A stretch of 33,766 nt of DNA from Escherichia phage PCM001. A program made the position numbers and the translations under genes. Of this stretch, positions 26,002 to 33,495 are shown piece after piece (the stretch's first letter is position 1; every line of letters starts with the position of its first letter). The notes below the pieces were generated by a model. That model saw only the letters and a list, made by a program, of their open reading frames with translations, had not been told where the DNA came from and did no database searches. Where the stretch lies: sequence record OR529306. One strand, written 5' to 3'.

Positions 26002-26583
26002 CTAAAAATTCAACATTTTCAAATGAATGATTTTGTATAACCGAGATAAAGGGTCATATTCTAAGTCTTCAATTTCCACAATCTCAAATCTAGAGATACC
26101 TGAGACCATGTACTCTTGTTCGGATTCAATCATATCTAGGACATCGATACGAGTTTCTTCCATAACATGCTTAGGGTTCTTTCCGGCAAGTACAATGTTA
26201 ACCATGTTTTGGTAGTAATCAAAAATGAATGGAGCATTCCTGAGACTAAGAATAGTGTACGTTTGATATTCCCATCTCCCGGAGAATTGACGAGCTGTAC
26301 TGAAATCAGTTGTGAACGATGTTACTCGTCCAGGAGACCAATGACATCCAACAGAAAGAAGTGAAAGACGTTCTACTTCTTCTGGAGTTACACCACGGTA
26401 GAGTTCTACTGGTACTGTAGAAGTCATATGCTTACGAACAAGATGGTCTAGTTCATAGTGGAAATCTGGGTCTTCCTTAGAATCAGTGCAAGCCCAGAGA
26501 ATGTTTTGTTCTTGGCGGGTGAATTTGCTATCAATCAGATTTGTTAGGTATTCACGTTCTTGAAGTTCAGATTGACATGTCAT
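26002..26583 (-). CDS. modB: ADP-ribosyltransferase ModB-like (193 aa)
   Basis: paralog of the preceding ORF with YRGVT, TSFTTDFS, ESEQEYMV; SD GGAGG; early promoter GTTTACA-17-TATGAT at 26611..26639. Confidence 0.7.
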   Translation of the reverse strand: MTCQSELQEREYLTNLIDSKFTRQEQNILWACTDSKEDPDFHYELDHLVRKHMTSTVPVELYRGVTPEEVERLSLLSVGCHWSPGRVTSFTTDFSTARQFSGRWEYQTYTILSLRNAPFIFDYYQNMVNIVLAGKNPKHVMEETRIDVLDMIESEQEYMVSGISRFEIVEIEDLEYDPLSRLYKIIHLKMLNF

Positions 26584-26638
26584 GATAGACCTCCATTTAA
26601 AGATAAGCCTATCATAACACGAGAGGAGGGAATGTAAA

Positions 26639-26803
26639 CTACTTTTTAAGCTTTCCTACTAAAGGACCATCAGGACCAGGTTGTTCTAACATGAATAAGG
26701 ATGCTTTAAAAAGCAATGTCAACCCTTTCACCATTCGATACCATGTCTCAAAGTCTTTTTCCTTGATTTCTAGTAAGAATTTCTCTTTAAATTTCTCTTT
26801 CAT
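26639..26803 (-). CDS. Micro-ORF (54 aa)
   Basis: MKEKFKEKFLLEIKEKDFETWYRMVKG; start overlaps stop of 26800..26988; not in ORF track. Confidence 0.35.
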   Translation of the reverse strand: MKEKFKEKFLLEIKEKDFETWYRMVKGLTLLFKASLFMLEQPGPDGPLVGKLKK

Positions 26804-26988
26804 TTCCAAGGACTCCATGGTGGGGGGTCGTCATAATAAGAGGCAAGGTCTTTCAGGGCTTCAACAGGTAAACTAAAGCCGTGACGTTGTATAATACTAT
26901 CTAGTTCATCAACAAGTTCACTACGATGCACTTTAGGAGCCTCAACTTCAGGCTCGTCAAACATACTCATCAAGTCCATATTATTCAC
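26800..26988 (-). CDS. Hypothetical acidic protein (62 aa)
   Basis: ORF track. Confidence 0.45.
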   Translation of the reverse strand: MNNMDLMSMFDEPEVEAPKVHRSELVDELDSIIQRHGFSLPVEALKDLASYYDDPPPWSPWK

Positions 26989-27445
26989 CGAGATAAAAAC
27001 TAGCAGGTTCAGAGAATGTTTCTAGTGCTACACCTTTTGTCTTAAAAAATTTCCAAATAGCTCGTTGCAAATGGGTTAAATCTGCTAATGATGTAATAAA
27101 GTATTTTTTGGCAAAATACTTATGGTCTCGCTTTTCAAACAGGTCTAAACGCTTTTCAGGATTCACATAAACTGCATTTTCCGTAGATTCATAACCTAAG
27201 TCCTTTATGCCTTCTTCAAGACTAAACGGAGAATTTTTAGAATGAGTAATAGCTCCAACTCGCTCTACTCGAATTTTGTAACCTTTAGGAATCTGCAATT
27301 TGCAGAATTCTTCTACGATATATTGCGGATTATTTAGACTTTTGTTAATGAGAATAGCTATTTCTAGTGGAGTCTTATCTTCTACTGGTATATGTTTAAA
27401 CGACTTGGCTTCAAGCAAATACATTTTAAATAACATAGCATCCAT
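26981..27445 (-). CDS. Hypothetical protein (154 aa)
   Basis: ORF track. Confidence 0.5.
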   Translation of the reverse strand: MDAMLFKMYLLEAKSFKHIPVEDKTPLEIAILINKSLNNPQYIVEEFCKLQIPKGYKIRVERVGAITHSKNSPFSLEEGIKDLGYESTENAVYVNPEKRLDLFEKRDHKYFAKKYFITSLADLTHLQRAIWKFFKTKGVALETFSEPASFYLGE

Positions 27446-27624
27446 TATAATTTCCTCGATGGTTCACCCATATAAAGTTTTACAATACGTTCGCCTTCAT
27501 CTTCGACGAGCTTCTCTTCATGTTTCTGGAATTCTTTAGCCATATTCTCTTCAAGAACATCCAGCCAATCTTCTGGACCGACACCATCGTCCCAGCTTTT
27601 AAACCATTTAACTATCTTGTTCAT
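27445..27624 (-). CDS. Hypothetical protein (59 aa)
   Basis: track ORF 27445..27651 trimmed to ATG at 27624 (MNKIVKWF), ATGA overlap with upstream ORF. Confidence 0.4.
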   Translation of the reverse strand: MNKIVKWFKSWDDGVGPEDWLDVLEENMAKEFQKHEEKLVEDEGERIVKLYMGEPSRKL

Positions 27625-27821
27625 TCGCAGCTCCCTGAGCTTGAACCACAATCAGAATAACTTGACCCAGAATCACCAGGCCAAGACGATACGTATGAAT
27701 GATTATAATAGGAAGAGCTTGAAGCACTAACCTGTTTTGTTTTTGGACGAATAACTTCTTCCATCATTCCGTCGCCGATATATTCCCAACTTTTTTCGTG
27801 TGTATCAAGAATAGGCATCAT
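27621..27821 (-). CDS. Hypothetical protein with Ser/Gly/Cys-rich C-terminal tail (66 aa)
   Basis: track ORF 27621..27944 trimmed to ATGATG at 27821 with SD GAAGGT; tail SASSSSYYNHSYVSSWPGDSGSSYSDCGSSSGSCE. Confidence 0.4.
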   Translation of the reverse strand: MMPILDTHEKSWEYIGDGMMEEVIRPKTKQVSASSSSYYNHSYVSSWPGDSGSSYSDCGSSSGSCE

Positions 27822-27834
27822 ACCTTCGCCTGGT

Positions 27835-28062
27835 TTAACAGCAAACAACTTCTTCAGCATCGTAAGCATTAATTGTTCCTCGAACAAAACGAACACCACC
27901 GTCATCCCAACGGATTTCGGCATTAAATTTGACGTCTTCACCATCCATCATGAATGAGTGTACGACTACATCATCGTAATATCCAAGACCATATTTCAAC
28001 GAAACTTCTTGAGCAATCAAAGCACCTAATGTGTTATTAGGTTTAATCCAACGATTTAACAT
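27835..28062 (-). CDS. Hypothetical protein (75 aa)
   Basis: track ORF 27835..28131 (TTG start) trimmed to ATG at 28062 with SD AGAGGAG; early promoter GTTTACA-17-TAAGAT at 28091..28120. Confidence 0.5.
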   Translation of the reverse strand: MLNRWIKPNNTLGALIAQEVSLKYGLGYYDDVVVHSFMMDGEDVKFNAEIRWDDGGVRFVRGTINAYDAEEVVCC

Positions 28063-28126
28063 ATTGTTCTCCTCTTGAGTAAGTAGGAATATCTTAACAC
28101 AGTTTTTAGTGGTTGTAAACTGTAGA

Positions 28127-28156
28127 AACAAAAAAAGGAATCCCGAAGGATTCCTT
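28127..28156 (-). terminator. Intrinsic terminator downstream of soc
   Basis: - strand RNA hairpin AAGGAAUCC-UUCG-GGAUUCCUU followed by UUUUUGUU; 8 nt after soc stop. Confidence 0.65.
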
Positions 28157-28163
28157 AAATTAT

Positions 28164-28400
28164 TTAACCACTTACTGGTGTAGGGGTAAACATTGCAGCA
28201 TTCTTAGTTTTCCAGTCAGCTGCATCAGAAACTACAGTAGAATAAGCTGCCTTTTCCGACGGAAAGATTTGATAATGAGAATCCGCAATCCGATGTTCGT
28301 TTGAATAAATCTCAAACGGTACAGAAACTTCCATACCTTTAACTTCTTTACCTTCACCAGCAGGATGCGTAAAGGTTTTGATGTTTACATAACCACCCAT
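28164..28400 (-). CDS. soc: Small outer capsid protein Soc, 78 aa
   Basis: GYVNIKTF ... HYQIFPSEKAAYSTV matches recalled T4 Soc; SD AAGGAG. Confidence 0.85.
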   Translation of the reverse strand: MGGYVNIKTFTHPAGEGKEVKGMEVSVPFEIYSNEHRIADSHYQIFPSEKAAYSTVVSDAADWKTKNAAMFTPTPVSG

Positions 28401-28402
28401 AA

Positions 28403-28627
28403 TTAACTCCTTTGTTGTTTAATTACAGGTGTATTTATAATGAATTTCTTCGGGACAATAAAATATCCGAATTTAGCTAATATAACAACATCACCGTTAA
28501 TTATTACCGGAGAATAATCATCTGGAGTATTAAATTTCCAGTGGAGTCTAGTATTATATCCATCAGAGCCGAATGCTTTATTAGCCGGTCTCCCGGCTTT
28601 TTGCCATGCATAAAAATCAAGTTTCAT
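28403..28627 (-). CDS. Hypothetical protein (74 aa)
   Basis: track ORF 28403..28741 (TTG start) trimmed to ATG at 28627 (MKLDFYAWQ). Confidence 0.4.
   Translation of the reverse strand: MKLDFYAWQKAGRPANKAFGSDGYNTRLHWKFNTPDDYSPVIINGDVVILAKFGYFIVPKKFIINTPVIKQQRS
28432..28439 (-). promoter_or_regulatory. T4-type late promoter motif TATAAATA upstream of soc
   Basis: exact TATAAATA on - strand about 32 nt upstream of soc ATG, inside the 3' end of the preceding ORF. Confidence 0.55.
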
Positions 28628-28790
28628 TTGCAACCCAATCAACCATATGTAGATGGTCTGATAATTGACTAACATGCTGAAGCTGATTAGACAAGAGCTT
28701 ACAAATAAGCTCACTGTTATCATTTTTAAATAGCTGGTCAATATGTTTCTTGTGGGCTTTCTTAAGCTGTCGTTTATTTAAACGAGCCAT
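28617..28790 (-). CDS. Micro-ORF, basic protein (57 aa)
   Basis: MARLNKRQLKKAHKKHIDQLFKNDN; TAATG overlap with gp56 stop; not in ORF track; alternative to the N-terminal extension of track ORF 28403..28741. Confidence 0.35.
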   Translation of the reverse strand: MARLNKRQLKKAHKKHIDQLFKNDNSELICKLLSNQLQHVSQLSDHLHMVDWVANET

Positions 28791-29311
28791 TAGTAACCTC
28801 GGTCTTGGCGAGCGAAGTTTTCAGCATTCTTCAAGTAATACAGTTTAAAGATTTCTTCAGCGGAAAGACCCAGACCTTGGAACATATTCAGAACAAAGTG
28901 GAGGATATCAATCATCTCGAATTTAATTTCAAGCTGGTCTTCAGGAGACAGTTCATCGATACGACGATTTCGATATTCAGCATGTTGTGCTTTCCATGGC
29001 TTCCATACAGAGCTAGCGGCTTTTTCACCATTGGACATACCACCAAGTGAAGTCAGCAGTTCACGGAATTCATCATCAATATAATCTTTCTGATTACGCA
29101 ACCAATCAACAACATCACCGGCAGTGGCCAATTCATCAGGATGTTTGTTATGTTCAGGCTTGTCATTTGCCAGACGAACCTGTAAAGATTTCTGCATATC
29201 AAGCATTACCTGCAGAGGGTCTTTATCTTCGTGAATCAGAGCATTAAAATAAGCTTCTTCTGCTTTATCAACACCAGAAATAAGTTGTGAACATTCGTTA
29301 AAGTGTGCCAT
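28790..29311 (-). CDS. 56: dCTP pyrophosphatase gp56 (MazG-like), 173 aa
   Basis: MAHFNEC ... DPLQVMLDMQ ... IDDEFRELLTSLG ... EEIFKLYYLKNAENFARQDRGY near-identical to recalled T4 gp56. Confidence 0.9.
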   Translation of the reverse strand: MAHFNECSQLISGVDKAEEAYFNALIHEDKDPLQVMLDMQKSLQVRLANDKPEHNKHPDELATAGDVVDWLRNQKDYIDDEFRELLTSLGGMSNGEKAASSVWKPWKAQHAEYRNRRIDELSPEDQLEIKFEMIDILHFVLNMFQGLGLSAEEIFKLYYLKNAENFARQDRGY

Positions 29312-29400
29312 TATTTTTTCCTTTCAATTCAGTATAAGAGAGTTAATTCTAACATTAATTTTATAAAGCGTAATAAATAATAGGTAACTAAGGAGATATT

Positions 29401-29598
29401 ATGTTTAAACTTCCATCGTTAATCAACGCTATTAAAGGCAATAAAAAGAAAACTGCTATCGCTGCAATAGTTGTAGGTGGCATTATTTCATGGAACTTCG
29501 GGATTGCACCATTGTTAGTTGCCCATGGTGTTATAGTTCCTTCTGTTCCATTGGATACTGTAGTTGATTTGGCCTTTGCTATTATAGGGCTTGTTTAA
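29401..29598 (+). CDS. Small two-segment hydrophobic membrane protein (65 aa), opposite strand to the early genes
   Basis: ORF track; strong SD AAGGAG 7 nt upstream; upstream AATAAATA resembles late promoter TATAAATA with one mismatch; convergent with gene 61. Confidence 0.5.
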   Translation: MFKLPSLINAIKGNKKKTAIAAIVVGGIISWNFGIAPLLVAHGVIVPSVPLDTVVDLAFAIIGLV

Positions 29599-29665
29599 AT
29601 CTTTGAATAACGAGATAATCTCATTTTAGCATGCAACCCACTTGAAATATTCTGTTTCATATATT

Positions 29666-30616
29666 CTAAAATTTCTTGTGTGTTGCATTTTCTTTCATTA
29701 CCATATCATTCACATCCTTTGATCTCCATGGAGCTCGGTCCCAGAACATGACACGTTCGCCTGCATCAACTAATCGCTTCATGCGAGCTATAGTATCCGG
29801 ATGCCTAGGTTCATTATCCATTACCCATACCCGACGTTCTTTAAATGGTACCACATCTAAATCTATTGAGCCGCCTGTAATAGCGATTGCATTGGGTATG
29901 AATAAACTATCAATAGGGCCTTCCATTACCCAGACGTCTCCTTCCTTAACACGTTCAACACCATAAATTTTTGTTGCAGACTCAAACGCTTTAATAGTGA
30001 TATATTTCTGAGGAGCATCTTTACGAAGTGCACGTCCTTGGAATGACTCAGCCTTCCCGTCTTTATTAAAAATAGGAATCACTAAACGCGGCTCAGGAAT
30101 CTCTTTCTTATACGTGCCTGGTTGAATCTTGTTGACCAATTTAGGCCATTCTAATGTGAACCATAATCTGTTCCATGATTCTTTAGGAATGCATCGAGAC
30201 TTAACATATTTCACAATAGGATGCTCTTCAGGCAGCTTGTCCAGACGAGAACAAGACGGCAAAGAATTTATAGTCTTTTTCTCTGGCTCTGGCTTAGCTT
30301 CAGGAACCTTTTCAATCTTTGGTTCCATTCTAGCTTTTTCTTTACGAACTTCCATTAGATATTCGCGATAAAGCTCTTCATCATACTCTTTTAAGTATCC
30401 GGAAATTGTATTGTGGTATTGACAATTATAACAATGTACATTACCAGGAGTACCGCCATAATACCATCCGCGAGCTTTCATTGCATCTGTCTGGGAGTCG
30501 CCACAAACTGGACATCGAAATGTTAATTTAAATGTGCTTGAATTATTGATTTGTCTAAAACGAGGTAGGTGAGAAAACGCACGATAAGCAAATTCATTAT
30601 CTATCCATTCAGCCAT
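29666..30616 (-). CDS. 61: DNA primase gp61 (zinc-binding plus TOPRIM), 316 aa
   Basis: WIDNEFAYRA..NNSSTFKL.FRCPVCGDS ... GWYYG ... CYNC and VERVKEGDVWVMEGPIDSLF match recalled T4 gp61; SD GGAG. Confidence 0.9.
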   Translation of the reverse strand: MAEWIDNEFAYRAFSHLPRFRQINNSSTFKLTFRCPVCGDSQTDAMKARGWYYGGTPGNVHCYNCQYHNTISGYLKEYDEELYREYLMEVRKEKARMEPKIEKVPEAKPEPEKKTINSLPSCSRLDKLPEEHPIVKYVKSRCIPKESWNRLWFTLEWPKLVNKIQPGTYKKEIPEPRLVIPIFNKDGKAESFQGRALRKDAPQKYITIKAFESATKIYGVERVKEGDVWVMEGPIDSLFIPNAIAITGGSIDLDVVPFKERRVWVMDNEPRHPDTIARMKRLVDAGERVMFWDRAPWRSKDVNDMVMKENATHKKF

Positions 30617-30655
30617 AGTATTCTCCAGAGGCCTTAAATTAATAAGGCCATCATA

Positions 30656-31123
30656 TCACAACTTATTAATATTTACTTTAATTCGCTTTCTTTTCTTGGA
30701 AGGAATTTGTTCTGGACCTTTATTTACGACTGCACCTGTAGTTGTTCCTGATGCAATAGCTTGAGGACTACCGCCTGAATCACCAGCAACCATATCCTCA
30801 AATAAAGGGAGTTCTTTAAATATTTCTTTCTGTTGTTCTTCCGTAATGTTATAGCGTGAAGCTACAGCACTCCAGGCAGACATCATTGAGGCCATTCCAT
30901 TAAGACCTGGAACAGTGCTCATCATTCGCTTCATTGAACGAACTGAAGCATGAAAAGGTGTATACGCCGCTTTCTCTTCGGGAGTAGAAGGACGTTTAAG
31001 AACACTTCCACGTTCATCGATGATTTTGGCTTCGTATGCTTTCCATTCGGTAAAAGGTTTTTGCATTAGTCGAATAAACTTATATGCGTAAACAGAATCT
31101 ATTGCAGTGTTAATAATACCCAT
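30656..31123 (-). CDS. Hypothetical protein (155 aa), 61.1 position
   Basis: track ORF 30656..31150 (TTG start) trimmed to ATG at 31123 with SD AGGAGG. Confidence 0.5.
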   Translation of the reverse strand: MGIINTAIDSVYAYKFIRLMQKPFTEWKAYEAKIIDERGSVLKRPSTPEEKAAYTPFHASVRSMKRMMSTVPGLNGMASMMSAWSAVASRYNITEEQQKEIFKELPLFEDMVAGDSGGSPQAIASGTTTGAVVNKGPEQIPSKKRKRIKVNINKL

Positions 31124-31142
31124 AGGTACCTCCTGAGTATAT

Positions 31143-31340
31143 TTAATCAATTACAAAGATCGCTTTGTCACCATTTATATCTGTGACTTCATATGTAGTG
31201 CCTTCATACTGTGGAATATTCCAAATTACACCATCATTAGCTTTTACACTAATATGGCATTGGTGTTTTGAAACAACTTCGTAATCTTCAAAACTTGTAA
31301 AAACACTAATTTTAGAACCAGTGCAAATTGCAGTAGTCAT
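31143..31340 (-). CDS. Hypothetical protein (65 aa)
   Basis: ORF track. Confidence 0.45.
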   Translation of the reverse strand: MTTAICTGSKISVFTSFEDYEVVSKHQCHISVKANDGVIWNIPQYEGTTYEVTDINGDKAIFVID

Positions 31341-31341
31341 T

Positions 31342-31992
31342 TTAACCTCGATTCATAAATGCATTAAATATTTGGTCGTCGACAGAAATTTCCAATTCGA
31401 CTTCAATTGCTTCAGCCTTTTCTTCAGGTGGTAATTCGTATCCACACACTACAATTTTTTCATCGATATCAAAATATACAGAAGCAATACGATTAATGTT
31501 ACTTTCAGTTAAGTCTAAATCAACATCAACATCTTTTTGACCTACACTTAAAGGATAACTAATACGGGTTATTTTATTATCTTTAACAAAGAGTCCACCA
31601 ACATACTCTGTACTACGTTTGAAGTTTACACGTTTCCGAATTGAAAGATATGATACATCTTTACCGTGAGCTCGGCTCATAGGACATAATGAATAACTAG
31701 AATAAGAGATGTCAAATCCTACACCTTCAATATGAGCCAACGTGTCATGAGTAAACCAATTATAATCATATGCCAAATCCATTATATTGTAATATGTGAA
31801 AGGCACAGGATTAACATCATATGTTGTACCTTTAAAATCTGCCCAGGCAACGATTTCGTTATCTTTAACAATTACAAAAATTACACCAATATGATATCCG
31901 TTATTATTTTCGTTCGGCGTTATATTATAACATTGTGCATTAGGAAATTTACCATATTTAAATGGCGCGTTTTTGTGCATATAATAAATCAT
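31342..31992 (-). CDS. Hypothetical protein (216 aa)
   Basis: track ORF 31342..32001 (GTG start) trimmed to ATG at 31992 located 1 nt after sp stop, SD AGGTGA. Confidence 0.5.
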   Translation of the reverse strand: MIYYMHKNAPFKYGKFPNAQCYNITPNENNNGYHIGVIFVIVKDNEIVAWADFKGTTYDVNPVPFTYYNIMDLAYDYNWFTHDTLAHIEGVGFDISYSSYSLCPMSRAHGKDVSYLSIRKRVNFKRSTEYVGGLFVKDNKITRISYPLSVGQKDVDVDLDLTESNINRIASVYFDIDEKIVVCGYELPPEEKAEAIEVELEISVDDQIFNAFMNRG

Positions 31993-31993
31993 A

Positions 31994-32287
31994 TTATTCA
32001 CCTGTGATTTCGGTTACGATATCTTTGTTATCGAAATTAGGGTCACAATACAAAACATAATTGTACTGCATGATACCGCCAGACTTAAGTTGTTCAACAA
32101 CTTTATTAACCATATTAGGACGGTCTCGTTTAGTGATGTTCATGATATCAGAGAAGATTTGTTGTTCAACATCTTCTTGATCTGCAGTCATTGACCACTC
32201 ACAGAGGTCTTTATCATAACCTGCCATAACTGGAGCTGGTGCACATGATACTGCAAATAAGATTGCTGCCAATGATAACTTTTTCAT
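31994..32287 (-). CDS. sp: Spackle (periplasmic superinfection-exclusion protein), 97 aa
   Basis: signal peptide MKKLSLAAILFAVSCAPAPVMA then GYDKDLCEWSMTADQ ... LKSGGIMQYNYVLYCD matching recalled T4 Sp; SD AAGGAG. Confidence 0.85.
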   Translation of the reverse strand: MKKLSLAAILFAVSCAPAPVMAGYDKDLCEWSMTADQEDVEQQIFSDIMNITKRDRPNMVNKVVEQLKSGGIMQYNYVLYCDPNFDNKDIVTEITGE

Positions 32288-32316
32288 TTTAACTCCTTAG
32301 TTGATTTGATAGGACT

Positions 32317-32346
32317 ACTATACTATAGTCCATCTATAATGTAAAC
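32317..32346 (-). promoter_or_regulatory. Early promoter upstream of sp
   Basis: - strand GTTTACA, 17 bp, TATAGT, flanked by inverted repeat GGACTA/TAGTCC. Confidence 0.5.
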
Positions 32347-32350
32347 AAGT

Positions 32351-32599
32351 TTATTCTTTTTCGCGAATAATAATTACTTGTTGAGGCTGCTGAGCAGATT
32401 TCTTTTCGGCAACGATAGACCAAATTAAAGTTCCAATCCAACCAACCATCGTCCAGTTAAAGAGTAAAGATACAAAGAAGATTGCTGTTGTGCTTTTTGT
32501 GCCACGAATAAGTGCGATTACCCAAGGCAACATGTAAATGATGATTGAACCAATACCTGCGATTAAAACTGCTACTGAACTAGCTACGAATAATTCCAT
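32351..32599 (-). CDS. Imm-like two-helix membrane protein (82 aa)
   Basis: LPWVIALIRGTKSTTAIFFVSLLFNWTMVGWIGTLIW resembles the superinfection-immunity (Imm) family pattern; SD AGAGGAA. Confidence 0.5.
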   Translation of the reverse strand: MELFVASSVAVLIAGIGSIIIYMLPWVIALIRGTKSTTAIFFVSLLFNWTMVGWIGTLIWSIVAEKKSAQQPQQVIIIREKE

Positions 32600-32660
32600 G
32601 TTAATTTCCTCTTGATTTGTTATGTTTATAATATCTTGTTTTAACTTTGGCGTAAACCAA

Positions 32661-33029
32661 TTAATTAAATTTGTTTAAACGTTCAATACACTGGACGTAG
32701 TTATTCGCGATTTGTTTCTGGGTAGGCTCTTTACCGGTTGTTTCAACATAGCGAATGAATGCGATTTCAGTAGCCTGTAGACAATGTTCTTTAACGCGTT
32801 GTTCTTTTGACATAGCTACAGTATCAGAATCACGATAACGTTGAGCATGGGCATCAGCTTGAATCATTCGATTACCTACAGTAACCGGGTCTTCCACTTC
32901 AACTTTAGGTTGGTCATACTGTTTAACATTCGGATTGTAAATCAGTTGGCCAACGTTATTAGGGATAAAGCCATGGGCACCACATCCGGTTAATCCAAAT
33001 ACCATTGCTAAAGCGATTAATTTTTTCAT
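32661..33029 (-). CDS. Predicted lipoprotein (122 aa)
   Basis: signal peptide with lipobox MKKLIALAMVFGLTGC; SD GAGGAA; own early promoter. Confidence 0.55.
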   Translation of the reverse strand: MKKLIALAMVFGLTGCGAHGFIPNNVGQLIYNPNVKQYDQPKVEVEDPVTVGNRMIQADAHAQRYRDSDTVAMSKEQRVKEHCLQATEIAFIRYVETTGKEPTQKQIANNYVQCIERLNKFN

Positions 33030-33057
33030 TTCAATTTCCTCTGTAGTTGATAGAAAG

Positions 33058-33087
33058 ATAGTAACACAGTATGCGATGCTTGTAAAC
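33058..33087 (-). promoter_or_regulatory. Early promoter upstream of lipoprotein gene
   Basis: - strand GTTTACA, 17 bp, TACTAT. Confidence 0.5.
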
Positions 33088-33089
33088 AG

Positions 33090-33302
33090 TTATTTTAAAC
33101 TTTTGCGAAATTTGCGTTTTTCTTGACGAATCTGTCGTTTAGTCGGACGTACAGCAAATTTAACGAAGTCCACTTTGCCGTGTGGAAACTTTTCAGATGC
33201 TTCACAGTCCATCATTAGTTCCCATCCTTCCAGAATAAGAGCTTTCCATTGTGTAGTTGATGCAAATTCGTATGTTGATGGTTTAAACACAGTTGAATAC
33301 AT
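33090..33302 (-). CDS. Hypothetical protein (70 aa)
   Basis: track ORF 33090..33347 trimmed to ATG at 33302 (MYSTVFKP) with SD AGAGGA, 1 nt after dmd-like stop. Confidence 0.45.
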   Translation of the reverse strand: MYSTVFKPSTYEFASTTQWKALILEGWELMMDCEASEKFPHGKVDFVKFAVRPTKRQIRQEKRKFRKSLK

Positions 33303-33303
33303 A

Positions 33304-33495
33304 TTATCCTCTGAAATCAGCTTCAAAAACTTTCTCGTCATTAACAAATGCTTTAACTAATGCTTTGTTCACTTCAGCAAGTTGTACCGTAACCCACTCG
33401 ATTTCTTCGCGATCACCTGATAACATGATATCTTTAGTGAACATCTCACCGCTTTTAAACCAACCAATAAAAGTAACTTTAGTTAATTTGCTCAT
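33304..33495 (-). CDS. dmd: Dmd-like antitoxin (63 aa)
   Basis: track ORF 33304..33516 trimmed to ATG at 33495 with SD GAGGA; about 60 aa, in the T4 dmd (61.5) position near sp; sequence identity recalled only loosely. Confidence 0.45.
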   Translation of the reverse strand: MSKLTKVTFIGWFKSGEMFTKDIMLSGDREEIEWVTVQLAEVNKALVKAFVNDEKVFEADFRG

